Position numbers and translations under genes: made by a program | Shown here: positions 17,335 through 27,330 of the stretch, piece by piece | How positions within the stretch are numbered: the first letter of the stretch is position 1 | Layout: every line of letters starts with the position of its first letter | Notes under the pieces: model-generated | What the model saw: only the letters and a program-made list of their open reading frames with translations | The model's database searches: none | What the model was told of the DNA's origin: nothing | DNA from: Candidatus Latescibacterota bacterium | GTDB lineage: Bacteria; Latescibacterota; UBA2968; GCA-2709665 | Reading direction: 5' to 3' | Assembly: GCA_021295655.1 (NCBI GenBank) | Contig: JAGWBX010000024.1 | Span: 8,265-72,264 of the forward strand | DNA length: 64,000 nt

Positions 17335-18882
17335 ATGTCGAATCAAGCAATCGACGTGGGATCCGGAAAGCAGTTGTTCGTGGATTCGAAGTTTGTCGAG
17401 TCCAGCGCGGGTGTCACATTTGTCATGAATCCGCCCTATCAGGCTCACGAACCGGTACTGATGCCCGACCAGGCGTGGGAACAGCGGCCCGGAGCGAGTT
17501 ACGGGATCTACAGCAGCATTCTCAAGGACGTTGACGGCAGGATTCGCGCCTGGTACCACGTTCGCATCGGCGACTACCGGTCCGGTCGGGACGAAGCCCA
17601 CGTCGCCTACGCCGAGTCTGCCGACGGCATCCATTTCACCAAGCCGGTCCTGAATCTGTTCGAGTCCGGCGGGACAACGGCGAATAACATCGTCATCCCG
17701 GGCGATATCGGGGGAAGTTCCGTCTGGATCGATCCTCACGCGGACCCTGATTCCCGCTACAGGAACCAGGCGAAAGTGTATTCGCCGCCCGAGGTATGGG
17801 GTCATCTGCATATGCACGGATCGCCTGACGGGATTCATTGGAAACTCGCGCGCGACATACGGCTCAGCCGCGGCGGGTGGGATACGCAAACCGTCGTGTT
17901 CTGGGATCCGCCGGTCGGGCGCTACGCGATGTATACCCGGCACTGGTTTGCACAGCGGCACGGCACCGCCGGGGGCAATCTCAACTACAGAACGGTGCGC
18001 CGGCTGGAATCCGAGGATCTGCAGGAGTGGGGAAACCAGCGAATCGTCATGCGGCCAGACGACGCGGATATGGATTCTTATGAGACGCCTTCTCCCCTTC
18101 GCCCCGACGGTCCGGAAAAACCTTACGGACGGGTACCGGTGGACTACTACGGCGCTTTGGTATTCAAATATCCGGACCCTGACGGCGTGTATATCATGCT
18201 GGCCGATGCAAACTGGTACTGGTACGATCGCGAGCCGATTGTCACCGTCGTGCGGGACGATATGGGCGTCGCGCGGGAAGAAACCCGGAGGATTTACGGT
18301 CCCAGTCGTTTCGACGCCCGGTTGTCCGTCAGCCGGGACGGTATCGACTTTCAGCGTTGCGGCGGGCGCATGGCGTTCCTCAGGCCCGGCAGGGAAGGGA
18401 GTTTCTCTTCCCGAATGGTTTGGGCGATGCCGCATCCCGTACCGATGGGGGACGAGTTGTGGATTTATTACAGCGGTACAAACCGGGATCACGACGGCGT
18501 GGTCGACCCGGCGGCAGAGGGGCATCTAAGCGGAATCGGCCGCGCCGTGATGCGCCTGGATGGCTTCGTATCGGCGGATGCCGGCTACGGTGGCGGTGAG
18601 CTTGTCACCCCGGCGATTCGATTTGAGGGGACGCAACTGGAGCTGAATCTGGATACCGGGGGCGGAGGTTCCGTAAGGGTGGAGTTGCAGGATCACATCG
18701 GCCGGCCGATCCGGAATTTCACGGAAACGGACGCGTCCTATCTCTGCGGCAACGCTGTCCGGATGCCGGTTCGATGGGGCGGCCGTACCGACGTTGGTGA
18801 ACTGTCCGGAGAGCCGATCAGGATACGTTTCGTTATGCGCGACTGTAAACTGTACGCGTTTCAGTTCACGGCGTCCGCCTGA
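17335..18882 (+). CDS. hypothetical protein, beta-propeller glycosidase-like
   Basis: 'GKQLFVDSKFVE', 'AWYHVR' and 'DGIHFTKP' resemble uncharacterised GH32/43-like propeller proteins. Confidence 0.45.
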   Translation: MSNQAIDVGSGKQLFVDSKFVESSAGVTFVMNPPYQAHEPVLMPDQAWEQRPGASYGIYSSILKDVDGRIRAWYHVRIGDYRSGRDEAHVAYAESADGIHFTKPVLNLFESGGTTANNIVIPGDIGGSSVWIDPHADPDSRYRNQAKVYSPPEVWGHLHMHGSPDGIHWKLARDIRLSRGGWDTQTVVFWDPPVGRYAMYTRHWFAQRHGTAGGNLNYRTVRRLESEDLQEWGNQRIVMRPDDADMDSYETPSPLRPDGPEKPYGRVPVDYYGALVFKYPDPDGVYIMLADANWYWYDREPIVTVVRDDMGVAREETRRIYGPSRFDARLSVSRDGIDFQRCGGRMAFLRPGREGSFSSRMVWAMPHPVPMGDELWIYYSGTNRDHDGVVDPAAEGHLSGIGRAVMRLDGFVSADAGYGGGELVTPAIRFEGTQLELNLDTGGGGSVRVELQDHIGRPIRNFTETDASYLCGNAVRMPVRWGGRTDVGELSGEPIRIRFVMRDCKLYAFQFTASA

Positions 18883-19004
18883 TTCGGATCGTGCCGCGGA
18901 GAGTCCCGTTGTGACGGTGCGAGTCCCTGCACGCAACTGTATCTGTTCTGATGAGCATCGATCCCCACGGCGCCGGAAAACCCCCGATCGAATTGGAGGG
19001 TGAT

Positions 19005-19463
19005 ATGGCCGGTTATTCAGTCGAGATCAAGTCCGTCAAGGCATTCCTGATTGCCTCCAGACGTGAGACCATTCCGGACTACGGTGCCATCGGTTCGGCC
19101 ATGAACCGCATGTACAATGAGGTTGTCTCGTATATCGGAGAACGACACGGGAACATCGTGGGGCCGGGAATTACAATCTGGCACGGGTCACTGGATGCGG
19201 AGGCGGCACTGCCGATTGATAAACCGCTGCCGGATGGCGACCGCGTCCGGGTAGGGGAATTGCCGGCCGGTGATATGGCGTGTCTGGTACACCACGGCCC
19301 GTTCGACGGGTTCCGTGGCGCGTACGAGGCCGTACGACAATGGATCCGGGAAAACGGCTACCGGATTACCGGACCCGGCCGGGAAGTCTATCTGAAATTC
19401 ACGCCCGATGGAAACCCGGAGGACTTAGTCACCGAAATCCAGTTTTCCGTCACAAAGGTTTAG
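19005..19463 (+). CDS. GyrI-like small-molecule-binding domain protein
   Basis: 'GPFDGFRGAYEAVRQWIRENGYRITGPGREVY' is typical of the GyrI/AraC effector-binding domain. GGAGGG lies upstream of the ATG. Confidence 0.65.
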   Translation: MAGYSVEIKSVKAFLIASRRETIPDYGAIGSAMNRMYNEVVSYIGERHGNIVGPGITIWHGSLDAEAALPIDKPLPDGDRVRVGELPAGDMACLVHHGPFDGFRGAYEAVRQWIRENGYRITGPGREVYLKFTPDGNPEDLVTEIQFSVTKV

Positions 19464-19571
19464 CCCCAATAGGTAAAAAAAGCAATTCGGCGATGTGACG
19501 AAAACCCCTGAAACGGGGCGTAACGGTCATCAAAAAGGACATGCTTTCAGTTCACGTCCAGTGACCTGGTG

Positions 19572-19627
19572 TATCTCCACTTGCATATATGCGGTTTTAC
19601 TTCCCCGAAGAATTTCGCATCAAGGTT
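19572..19627. repeat. R2 copy 1: conserved ~55-nt hairpin element
   Basis: Reads tatctccaCTTGCATATATGCGGTTTTACTTCCCCGAAGAATttCGCATCAAGGTT, which matches 60314-60367. Confidence 0.6.
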
Positions 19628-20493
19628 AGATTCCGGGTTTCATCGTTTGTGCAGTTACTTCGTAGTTCGAACGTCCTGGCGTGTTTTTCCAGGAGCGCCT
19701 TGCTTTTCAGAACGCCCTCGCGGTCGTCGGTCTTACCCTCGTACTCGATACCGAAGGGGTTGTCATAGCCCGCGTCCTTAAGGATACCAATCGCGGCGGC
19801 GCAGTCGATTTCCCGCGACTCGCCGTCCGCCGTGAAGCTGAGGAATTTCGCATGAGTCGCCCAGGCGTACGGTGCGACCATTCTGAGGTTTTCCAGCTTG
19901 TCGTCTTCCGCCGGCCAGTTGAGGAAGTCGGCGAGGACCCGGCAGTGGTCGCTTCCAACCGCTTCCATGACCCGCAGGATGTTTTCCGGCGAAACCGAAA
20001 CGCCCCCGTGATTCTCCATCAGCAGCCGGATACCCGCCTGGGCACAAAGTTCCGTGAGTTCGCCAAAGCTTTCGATGCATTTTCCAATATGGGTCTCGGT
20101 CACGGATTCGCCCCTGCCGGGGCCGGTGTTGGCGCGAAACGCGTTGCAGCCCAGCGCCAGGCAGGCATCAATCCATTTCTTGTGGTTGTCAACAGCCTGT
20201 TTTCGCTCCTTGTTGTCTGGCGACGCAAGGTCGCCGTGGCCGTCAACGGCGACATTCAGCAGCTGTACGCCCGAATCCCGGGCGCGTTGGCGCAGTTCGA
20301 TGAGATACCCGGCGGCTAGTCGGCTCGTTGCGGGGTTGTCCGGATCGGCGTACGCGAAGAAGGGGCTGTTGAGTTCCAACAGTCGAATGTCGAATTCTTC
20401 AACGGCCAGAGCGGGAAAGTCAAGAAGAAGCAAGGGGCTCTCGGAATCCCTGAACCGCCGGTGAATGCTCCATCCCGCGAGTGAAATCTCCAT
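19597..20493 (-). CDS. sugar phosphate isomerase/epimerase (xylose isomerase-like TIM barrel)
   Basis: 'LLELNSPFF', 'LLMENHGG' and 'ATHAKF' match the family, with GGAGGT upstream of ATG 20493. The last ~10 codons and the stop lie inside R2 copy 1. Confidence 0.75.
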   Translation of the reverse strand: MEISLAGWSIHRRFRDSESPLLLLDFPALAVEEFDIRLLELNSPFFAYADPDNPATSRLAAGYLIELRQRARDSGVQLLNVAVDGHGDLASPDNKERKQAVDNHKKWIDACLALGCNAFRANTGPGRGESVTETHIGKCIESFGELTELCAQAGIRLLMENHGGVSVSPENILRVMEAVGSDHCRVLADFLNWPAEDDKLENLRMVAPYAWATHAKFLSFTADGESREIDCAAAIGILKDAGYDNPFGIEYEGKTDDREGVLKSKALLEKHARTFELRSNCTNDETRNLTLMRNSSGK

Positions 20494-20728
20494 CGGAATA
20501 CCTCCGTCGTTGTATTGGGTTTGCACTTGCTTTTGATTTGGCGCGGGAATATAATATCCCGCTGCACGCTTTGCCAGAGATTCCTGTTCGTCCGGCACGC
20601 GGCCCGGTACCGGGATGGGTAATGCCATTCGCCGGATCTCGAAGGACTGCCGATCGTCTCGCTTGAGCGGTCTTCCCCATCATTGTGGACGTTCTCGCAG
20701 CAAATTGAAAGGAAATCCCGTGAAAGGC

Positions 20729-22288
20729 ATGGTTTCAGCGCCTCAGCCGCTGGCGGTAGACGCCGGCGTCAAGGTCCTGGCGGATGGCGGGAATGCCGTC
20801 GACGCGGCCGTAACGGCGGCATTTGTTCAGATGGTCACCACGCCGCGCAGCTGCGGCGTGGGTGGCTTCGGTATGATGTACATCCATACGCCGGAATCCG
20901 ATACGATTCTGGATTTTCACGGGAAGGCGGGCGAACGGGTCAGGCCCGATATGTGGGAGCACGAGATGCTCCGTGAGAACGCCACGGGTTACGGATACAC
21001 GCTGAGGGACCAGGTCAACGAACGCGGCTACGGCGCGGTGACAACGCCCGGCACGGTGGCCGGCCTTTACAGAGCCCAGTCGGATTTCGGCACCATACCG
21101 TGGCGGGCGACCCTCCAACCCGGTATCGCGGTTGCAACCGGCGGCTTCGAGGTGACGCATGCGACGGCGGCAGCGTGGAAACAGATTCCAACTCCTGAAA
21201 CGACGCCCTGGATAACCGTAGCGGCGTCGCCCCACGAAGGCGGGGGCGAGTTGATCGCCAATCCCCATATGGCCAGGACGTTTTCGGCCCTGGCCGAGGG
21301 CGGCGAAGAGGTCTTCTATCGCGGAGATCTGGCGAAGGCCATTGCCGACGACATGGAGAAAGGCGGCGGATTTATTACGCTGGAAGATCTCAACCGCTAC
21401 GAGGTGACGGTAACCTCGCCGCTGGTCTCACGGTACCGGGAATATACGGTCGCATCCAACCAGCCTCCCGGCGGCGGGTTGACCATTCTGCAGATGCTCA
21501 AGATTCTTGAGGGATACAACCTTTCGGATATGGAACACCTTTCGACGGAATACGTATATACGGTGTCGATGGCGATGAAAGCGGCGTGGACGGACCGGGC
21601 GAATCTGGTTGGAGACCCGGCATTCGTGGAGGTCCCGGTGGAGGACCTGCTGTGTGAAAGACGCGCGGCGGCCTGGCGCCGCCGCATCGATGCCCGGGAA
21701 AAGATCACGATTCCTCGATGGCGCCCGCAGGAGCCGCCCAGTACCACCCATATTTCCGTTGTGGACCAATGGCGCAACGTGGTGGGGCTCACGCACTCGC
21801 TGGGATCGGGTTCGGATGTGATTACACCGGGATTGGGTTTCATGTACAATAACTGTATGAATTGTTTCAACCCCGTGCCCGGACACGTGAATTCGATCGA
21901 ACCGGGCAAATCCAGAACGACGGGTATGGCGCCGACGCTGGTGAAACGGGGTGACGCTCCCGTCTTCAGTGTGGGCGCGCCCGGGGGCACACGGATCGTA
22001 ACCGGGATCCTGCACGCCATTCTGAACGTTATCGACCACGGTATGTCGGCCACCGAGGCGATCGCGGCCCCCAGGTTCGACTGCCAGAGCGACGTAATCG
22101 TCGCCCACTCCAGAATCGCGCCTTCCGTCTGCGAGGGAGTCAGGGCGATGGGCCACGAGGTCCATTCACTGCTGGACGGCTACGGTGGAATTGCGTCGGT
22201 GCACGGCATCATTCTGGATCCGGAAACGGGAACCCTGGACGGTGGGGCCGATCCCGGTTCTCCGGGAATGGCGATGGCAGTGATCTGA
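20729..22288 (+). CDS. ggt: gamma-glutamyltransferase family protein
   Basis: 'GGNAVDAAV', the catalytic 'TTHISVVD' and 'GAPGGTRI' are GGT hallmarks. No signal peptide. GTG 20720 is an alternative start. Confidence 0.85.
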   Translation: MVSAPQPLAVDAGVKVLADGGNAVDAAVTAAFVQMVTTPRSCGVGGFGMMYIHTPESDTILDFHGKAGERVRPDMWEHEMLRENATGYGYTLRDQVNERGYGAVTTPGTVAGLYRAQSDFGTIPWRATLQPGIAVATGGFEVTHATAAAWKQIPTPETTPWITVAASPHEGGGELIANPHMARTFSALAEGGEEVFYRGDLAKAIADDMEKGGGFITLEDLNRYEVTVTSPLVSRYREYTVASNQPPGGGLTILQMLKILEGYNLSDMEHLSTEYVYTVSMAMKAAWTDRANLVGDPAFVEVPVEDLLCERRAAAWRRRIDAREKITIPRWRPQEPPSTTHISVVDQWRNVVGLTHSLGSGSDVITPGLGFMYNNCMNCFNPVPGHVNSIEPGKSRTTGMAPTLVKRGDAPVFSVGAPGGTRIVTGILHAILNVIDHGMSATEAIAAPRFDCQSDVIVAHSRIAPSVCEGVRAMGHEVHSLLDGYGGIASVHGIILDPETGTLDGGADPGSPGMAMAVI

Positions 22289-22431
22289 GCGTTGGATGCG
22301 GATCGAGCCGTCCTGTGTCGAAATTTTCACCCCCGCAGGTGTCCGGGTCGGGATTACTCATTCTACATAACAAAGATCAGGGTGGCGGTTCATGGCCAAC
22401 ATGAACGACCAGGACCTGGAAAGGAAACGAA

Positions 22432-23631
22432 ATGTTTGAAACGCTGGAGGTGGCGCCTGCGGACCCGATTCTGGGATTGACCGCGGCATACAACCAGGAT
22501 ACGAATCCCGATCGAATCAATCTCGGCGTCGGAGTCTATAAGGACGGCGACGGCAATACGCCCGTTTTCAACTCGGTGCAACGTGCGGAAGCCCGGATCC
22601 TCGACCGACAGAACACGAAAGACTATCTGCCGATTTCGGGAGCGCCTGAATATGCGGCGGCAGTTCAGGCCCTGTTGTTCGGCCCCGAACACGAAGTCGT
22701 TACGGGAAAAAGGGCGGCGACTTTCCACGCACCGGGGGGGACCGGTGGACTGCGCGTTGCCGGCGATTTTGTCCACAAGCTGTTTCCGCAGGCGAGAATC
22801 TGCCTGAGCGAGCCAACCTGGGCGAATCATCCCAATATCTACAAACACGCCGGTGTGGCCGTTGAGACGTATCCTTATTTCCGGAAGGAAACGAACGATC
22901 TCGATTTCGCCGCCATGCGCGACGCTTTGAATTCGGTTCCCGAGGGAGATATCGTATTGTTGCACGGCTGTTGTCACAACCCCACGGGTATCGATCCCAC
23001 GCCCGAACAGTGGGCGCAGATCGCGGAGGTGGCCGGCGCGCGCGGCTGGATACCTCTGGTGGACTTCGCCTATCATGGGCTGGGAGACGGGCTCGAGCAG
23101 GACAGACGGGGATTGTTGGCGTTTTGCCGAACGGGCGCGGAGTTGATGGTGTCCAGTTCGTTTTCGAAGAATTTCGGGCTGTATAACGAGCGTGTCGGCG
23201 CGCTTACCCTCGTGGCGTCCTCTCCCGAGGCGGCCGGTGCGTTGATGAGCCAGGTGATGATCTGTATCCGGGCCAACTATTCGAATCCGCCGGCCCACGG
23301 CGCGGCGATCGTGACGGAAGTGCTGAACGATTCCGGTCTTCGTCAGCAGTGGGAGGGCGAGGTAACCGAGATGAGAAACCGGATCAACAGCATGAGGGCG
23401 TTATTTGTGGATACCCTGGAGAGGAAAGGCGTACGACGCGATTTTTCCTTTATCGCCCGGCAGCGCGGGATGTTCTCGTTCTCGGGGTTGACCGGTCAAC
23501 AGGTGGACGCCCTGCGGGAGGAAAACGCAATCTATATGGTGGGTTCAGGTCGGATTAACGTCGCCGGAATCACCGAGGCGAACATCGACTATCTCTGCGA
23601 ATCCATCGCCGCCGTGCTTCGGCCGTCATAA
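22432..23631 (+). CDS. aspC: aspartate/aromatic amino acid aminotransferase
   Basis: 'MFETLEVAPADPILGL', 'HGCCHNPTG' and 'SFSKNFGLYNERVG' are close to E. coli AspC/TyrB motifs. Confidence 0.9.
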   Translation: MFETLEVAPADPILGLTAAYNQDTNPDRINLGVGVYKDGDGNTPVFNSVQRAEARILDRQNTKDYLPISGAPEYAAAVQALLFGPEHEVVTGKRAATFHAPGGTGGLRVAGDFVHKLFPQARICLSEPTWANHPNIYKHAGVAVETYPYFRKETNDLDFAAMRDALNSVPEGDIVLLHGCCHNPTGIDPTPEQWAQIAEVAGARGWIPLVDFAYHGLGDGLEQDRRGLLAFCRTGAELMVSSSFSKNFGLYNERVGALTLVASSPEAAGALMSQVMICIRANYSNPPAHGAAIVTEVLNDSGLRQQWEGEVTEMRNRINSMRALFVDTLERKGVRRDFSFIARQRGMFSFSGLTGQQVDALREENAIYMVGSGRINVAGITEANIDYLCESIAAVLRPS

Positions 23632-23780
23632 TGCACCGGAGTCGTCCGGTGCGGGGTGTCGGCTTCCCTGGAGGATTTGACCGCGGCGATTCCAGCAGGG
23701 ACAAGGTAGTGCCCCCTCCCGAAGATATCTGACCATTCAGGCAACCGGTTTTCAGGACAGAACGCTCGAGTGAGTTAAAA

Positions 23781-25283
23781 ATGGACGACTCGCTGTACTG
23801 GGGAGACCTGCACGCGCACTGTGGGATCAGCTATGGCTACGGCAGTCTCGAGAGGGCATTCAGGCTGGCGGACGAGCACCTGGATTTCTGTTCGGTGGTG
23901 GGGCACGCAACGTGGCACGACATGCCGGCCGACCGGGAACGTCACGGCTTCATTATCGATTATCACCGGGAGGGTTTCGACAGGCTGAGTCGAGACTGGC
24001 CGCAGGTGCAGGAGACCGTTCGGCAACATAACCGCCCGGGGCGGTTTGTTTCCTTTCTGGGTTACGAATGGCACTCCTGCGCTTTCGGCGACCACAACGT
24101 TTACTATTTGGACGATGGCGGCGAAATCGTCGAGCGCAACAGCCTTCAGGAACTGGATGAGGCATTCGAGGGACAGGATGTCATGATCCACCCTCACCAT
24201 ATCGGCTATGGGGCGGGCTTCAGGGGAATAAACTGGTCGCATTTCGACTCACGACGTTCTCCGGTCGTCGAGATTTTCTCCGGACACGGTGGGTCCGAAC
24301 GGGACGGCGGTCCATACCCGATGTACCATACCATGGGCCCCAGGCAATATCGGGGTACCGTGGCGCACGGGCTTGCGCTCGGTCACCGGTTCGGGTTCCT
24401 GGGAGGCACGGATCATCATGGGGGATATCCTGGGCACTACGGCGAGGGAATAACCGGCGTGTATGCGTCGGAACTCACCCGACAGGCGATCTGGGACGCG
24501 ATTCGCGCAAGGCGGTGCTATGCGGTAACCGGCGATCGAATGGGGTTGCGGTTTTCCATAAACGACGCGGCGATGGGGGAGGAAACCACGGGTACCGGCC
24601 GCCGTGAAATCCGGGTGTCCGTCAGTGGCGCCGACGCGCTGGATCGGATAGAGGTCATCAAGAACAACCGTCCCCTGAAACGGGTATTCGGGCCCGCGCC
24701 CGTGGCGGAACCGCACGGCCCGGTCCGCGCGAAGGTGAGGCTGGAATGGGGATGGGGAGACAAGGAGGAGTGGGTGCGGTGGGATGCAAGTGTGTGCCTG
24801 TCGGATGGCCGGCTGCTTTCCGTGGAACCCTGTTTCACCGGCGACCCGGTTCTGGCGCCGTCGGCGGACGGAGCGATTCTGGCAACCGGCGACGAGCCCG
24901 TTCACGGGATCGTGGCGCGGGACGACAGGCAGGTGGCGTGGTTTTCACATACCCGGGGCAACGCTCACCCGTATCTGCGCGGTACGAACGCGCTGGTCCT
25001 GGAACTGGATGCCCCACGCTCCGCCGTTTTGGAATTCAATATCAACGGTGCGGCCTGTCGCTACCGGCTGGAGGACCTCATGACGGGTTCCAGGAGTGAG
25101 TTCATCCGGGGATGGCGTTCCGAGGCAATGCTCGTGCACCGTGCCGTACCCGATTCGCGGCTGCGGGCGACGCTGACATTTGAAGATGCCGCGCCTGAGC
25201 GTGAGACCGACTTCTATTACGTCCGGGTGGCGCAGGAGAACAACCAGTGGGCATGGGCAAGCCCGATCTGGGTTTCGAGCTGA
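23781..25283 (+). CDS. DUF3604/PHP-like metal-dependent phosphoesterase
   Basis: The N-terminal 'YWGDLHAHCGISYG' is a His-rich metal-binding motif. Confidence 0.5.
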   Translation: MDDSLYWGDLHAHCGISYGYGSLERAFRLADEHLDFCSVVGHATWHDMPADRERHGFIIDYHREGFDRLSRDWPQVQETVRQHNRPGRFVSFLGYEWHSCAFGDHNVYYLDDGGEIVERNSLQELDEAFEGQDVMIHPHHIGYGAGFRGINWSHFDSRRSPVVEIFSGHGGSERDGGPYPMYHTMGPRQYRGTVAHGLALGHRFGFLGGTDHHGGYPGHYGEGITGVYASELTRQAIWDAIRARRCYAVTGDRMGLRFSINDAAMGEETTGTGRREIRVSVSGADALDRIEVIKNNRPLKRVFGPAPVAEPHGPVRAKVRLEWGWGDKEEWVRWDASVCLSDGRLLSVEPCFTGDPVLAPSADGAILATGDEPVHGIVARDDRQVAWFSHTRGNAHPYLRGTNALVLELDAPRSAVLEFNINGAACRYRLEDLMTGSRSEFIRGWRSEAMLVHRAVPDSRLRATLTFEDAAPERETDFYYVRVAQENNQWAWASPIWVSS

Positions 25284-25398
25284 TTCCCGGATCATCGCGC
25301 GTCGAACGCGAGAATTCGGTCAGAAGTGTCGATTTGCCGGCCGATTGAAATCTTCCTATTACTCCGCGGCAGTTGTATCGATAGAAAAGGAGGTCTCA

Positions 25399-26172
25399 AT
25401 GGTGCTGAAAGACCGGGTGGCCATCGTCACGGGCGGGAGTTCGGGTATTGGCCGAGGCATTGCCCTTGAATTCGCTAAAGAGGGGGCGACGGTGGTGGTG
25501 GCAGATATCCGGGAGGCGCCGAAACGGGGAAAATATCACGAACAGGAAGTCCGGACAACCACTCTGGAAGAGGTGCGAGGGCTGGGTGGTGACGGGATGT
25601 TCATAGAAACCGACGTAGGCGACGCCGCCGCGGTCGAGGCGCTGGTGAACCGGACGGTCGACGGGTTCGGCGGACTGGATATTCTGGTGAATAACGCGGG
25701 CATTCACATTCCCGGCGACAGCCAGACCCTGTCGCTGGAGGCGTGGGACCGGGTGACAGGCGTAAACATCCGGGGGGTATTCGTGGCGTCGAAAGCCGCG
25801 ATTCCCCACCTGAAGCGATCTCAGGCCGGGAGAATGATCAACATCGCGTCGGTGCATTCTTTCGGCGGCGGCGGCGGCCCGGCCTATGCGCCCGCCAAGG
25901 CCGGCGTGGTCAACCTCACGCGGGACCTGGCGATGGAAGTGGCTCCGGAAGGGGTAACGGTGAATGCTGTCTGCCCGGGCTATATTGAAACCGCCATACA
26001 GGATTATCTGACCGAGGAACAGATACAGGATGCGCTGGACAACACCCCCCTTCCCCGGTTCGGATTACCCCGGGATATCGGACGCGCGTGTGTCTTCCTG
26101 GCGTCGTCGGACGCGGAGTGGATCACGGGGGTGGCGCTGCCGGTTGACGGCGGCTGGCTCGCGCCCGTCTAA
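25399..26172 (+). CDS. SDR family oxidoreductase
   Basis: 'VAIVTGGSSGIGRGIA', 'NNAG' and 'YAPAKAG' match the family, with AAGGAGG upstream of the ATG. Confidence 0.85.
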   Translation: MVLKDRVAIVTGGSSGIGRGIALEFAKEGATVVVADIREAPKRGKYHEQEVRTTTLEEVRGLGGDGMFIETDVGDAAAVEALVNRTVDGFGGLDILVNNAGIHIPGDSQTLSLEAWDRVTGVNIRGVFVASKAAIPHLKRSQAGRMINIASVHSFGGGGGPAYAPAKAGVVNLTRDLAMEVAPEGVTVNAVCPGYIETAIQDYLTEEQIQDALDNTPLPRFGLPRDIGRACVFLASSDAEWITGVALPVDGGWLAPV

Positions 26173-26233
26173 CCGATGGAACCCGCCGCGGGGCACGAAC
26201 CGCGTTCGCTTTCGATCGATTAATCGGTGAAGA

Positions 26234-27298
26234 ATGGAGATCCGAGCCGTACGAGAGGACGAGATTGAGGAGACGCTGGCGCTCCAGCGGATGGTGTTCC
26301 GGCCGGACGAGGGGGAGGCAGCGCTTGAACGGTACCGGACATACGTGCGGGACGATCCGAGCTATCGGCTGGAACAGTCGCGGGTTCTCCTCGCAGACCG
26401 GCGGATCGTGGCGCATCTGCGGGTTTGGAACCGGGAAATCCGCGTGCGGGGGTCCGTGCTTCGAGCCGGAGGTATCGGCAGCGTACTGACCCATCCCGAT
26501 TACCGGGGCAGGGGATATGCGCGCGCGCTGATGCAAAATGCCGAGGCCTATATGCTGGCCGCGGGGTGCGACGTCGGGCTCCTTTTCACAATCATCGGGA
26601 CGCCGTTCTACCGGGCGCTGGGATGGACGCCCATCCCGCTGCCGACGTTTGCGATCGATCTGGAGTCCGGGCCCGAATACCGCCCCTCCACACACGTGCG
26701 GGCTCTGGACGTCAATAGGGACCTGGATGCGGTGATGGCGATTTACGGGCGTTGTTCCAGTTCCCTGACCGGACCTGAAGTAAGACCGCGAGACTACTGG
26801 CGCGCCGGTCCCTCGCGGATACGGGGTGTCTTCCCCGAGTGGGGCATTGCAGCAGGATCCGAACTTTGCGGGTATGCGACGTTCGACGCCTGTGCGGACC
26901 GGATATGGGTGAAAGAAGGATGCGTGGGGCCATCAGGAGACGGCGCGTACCCGGACCTGGCGCGGTTGATCTGCGGTTGCGCCCGCCGGAACGGATTGAA
27001 ACGGATCGAGGGCAGCCTTCCCGCCGGACACGGCCTGGTTGGCGCGCTTGAAGCAATCTGCGGATCCAATGCGGCGTGGGCCAGTCACGATGAAATGATG
27101 TTGAAGGGAATCAACTGGCGTTCATTCAGGAAAAAGCTGAACGGAGACCCGTGCGGGGGCGCACCGGAGGACGAGGGGGCGTTCTGGCGCGCGCTGTACG
27201 GTCAGGCGGTGGCCGAACCGGATGCATCCCTGTCGGAATGGATGGCATCGCTGCCGGCGTGCGAAGGGCCCTTCTACTGGTGGAGCGACATCTTCTAG
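26234..27298 (+). CDS. GNAT family N-acetyltransferase (Eis-like, long C-terminal domain)
   Basis: The acetyl-CoA loop 'HPDYRGRGYARALM' is present. Size and layout resemble Eis-type enzymes. Confidence 0.65.
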   Translation: MEIRAVREDEIEETLALQRMVFRPDEGEAALERYRTYVRDDPSYRLEQSRVLLADRRIVAHLRVWNREIRVRGSVLRAGGIGSVLTHPDYRGRGYARALMQNAEAYMLAAGCDVGLLFTIIGTPFYRALGWTPIPLPTFAIDLESGPEYRPSTHVRALDVNRDLDAVMAIYGRCSSSLTGPEVRPRDYWRAGPSRIRGVFPEWGIAAGSELCGYATFDACADRIWVKEGCVGPSGDGAYPDLARLICGCARRNGLKRIEGSLPAGHGLVGALEAICGSNAAWASHDEMMLKGINWRSFRKKLNGDPCGGAPEDEGAFWRALYGQAVAEPDASLSEWMASLPACEGPFYWWSDIF

Positions 27299-27330
27299 AA
27301 GCGGGGCCAGGGTGACGGGTCCGGCGCGTT

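Noticed and set aside
19572-19627. R2 read on the minus strand as a promoter: TTGAT[G/T]-18-TAAAAC, or with -10 TATATG.
   Set aside because: Both candidate -10 hexamers lack the invariant final T and the spacer is 18 nt. Copy 1 would also drive transcription antisense into a convergent gene. The compensatory stem change fits a structural element better.
22392-22437. A 15-codon upstream ORF (MANMNDQDLERKRNV) overlapping the aspC ATG, together with the palindrome GTTCATG-N5-CATGAAC at 22388-22406.
   Set aside because: There is no Shine-Dalgarno and no Asp or aromatic codon enrichment to suggest a leader peptide, so it may be chance. The palindrome is noted, but it is a single occurrence with no supporting context.
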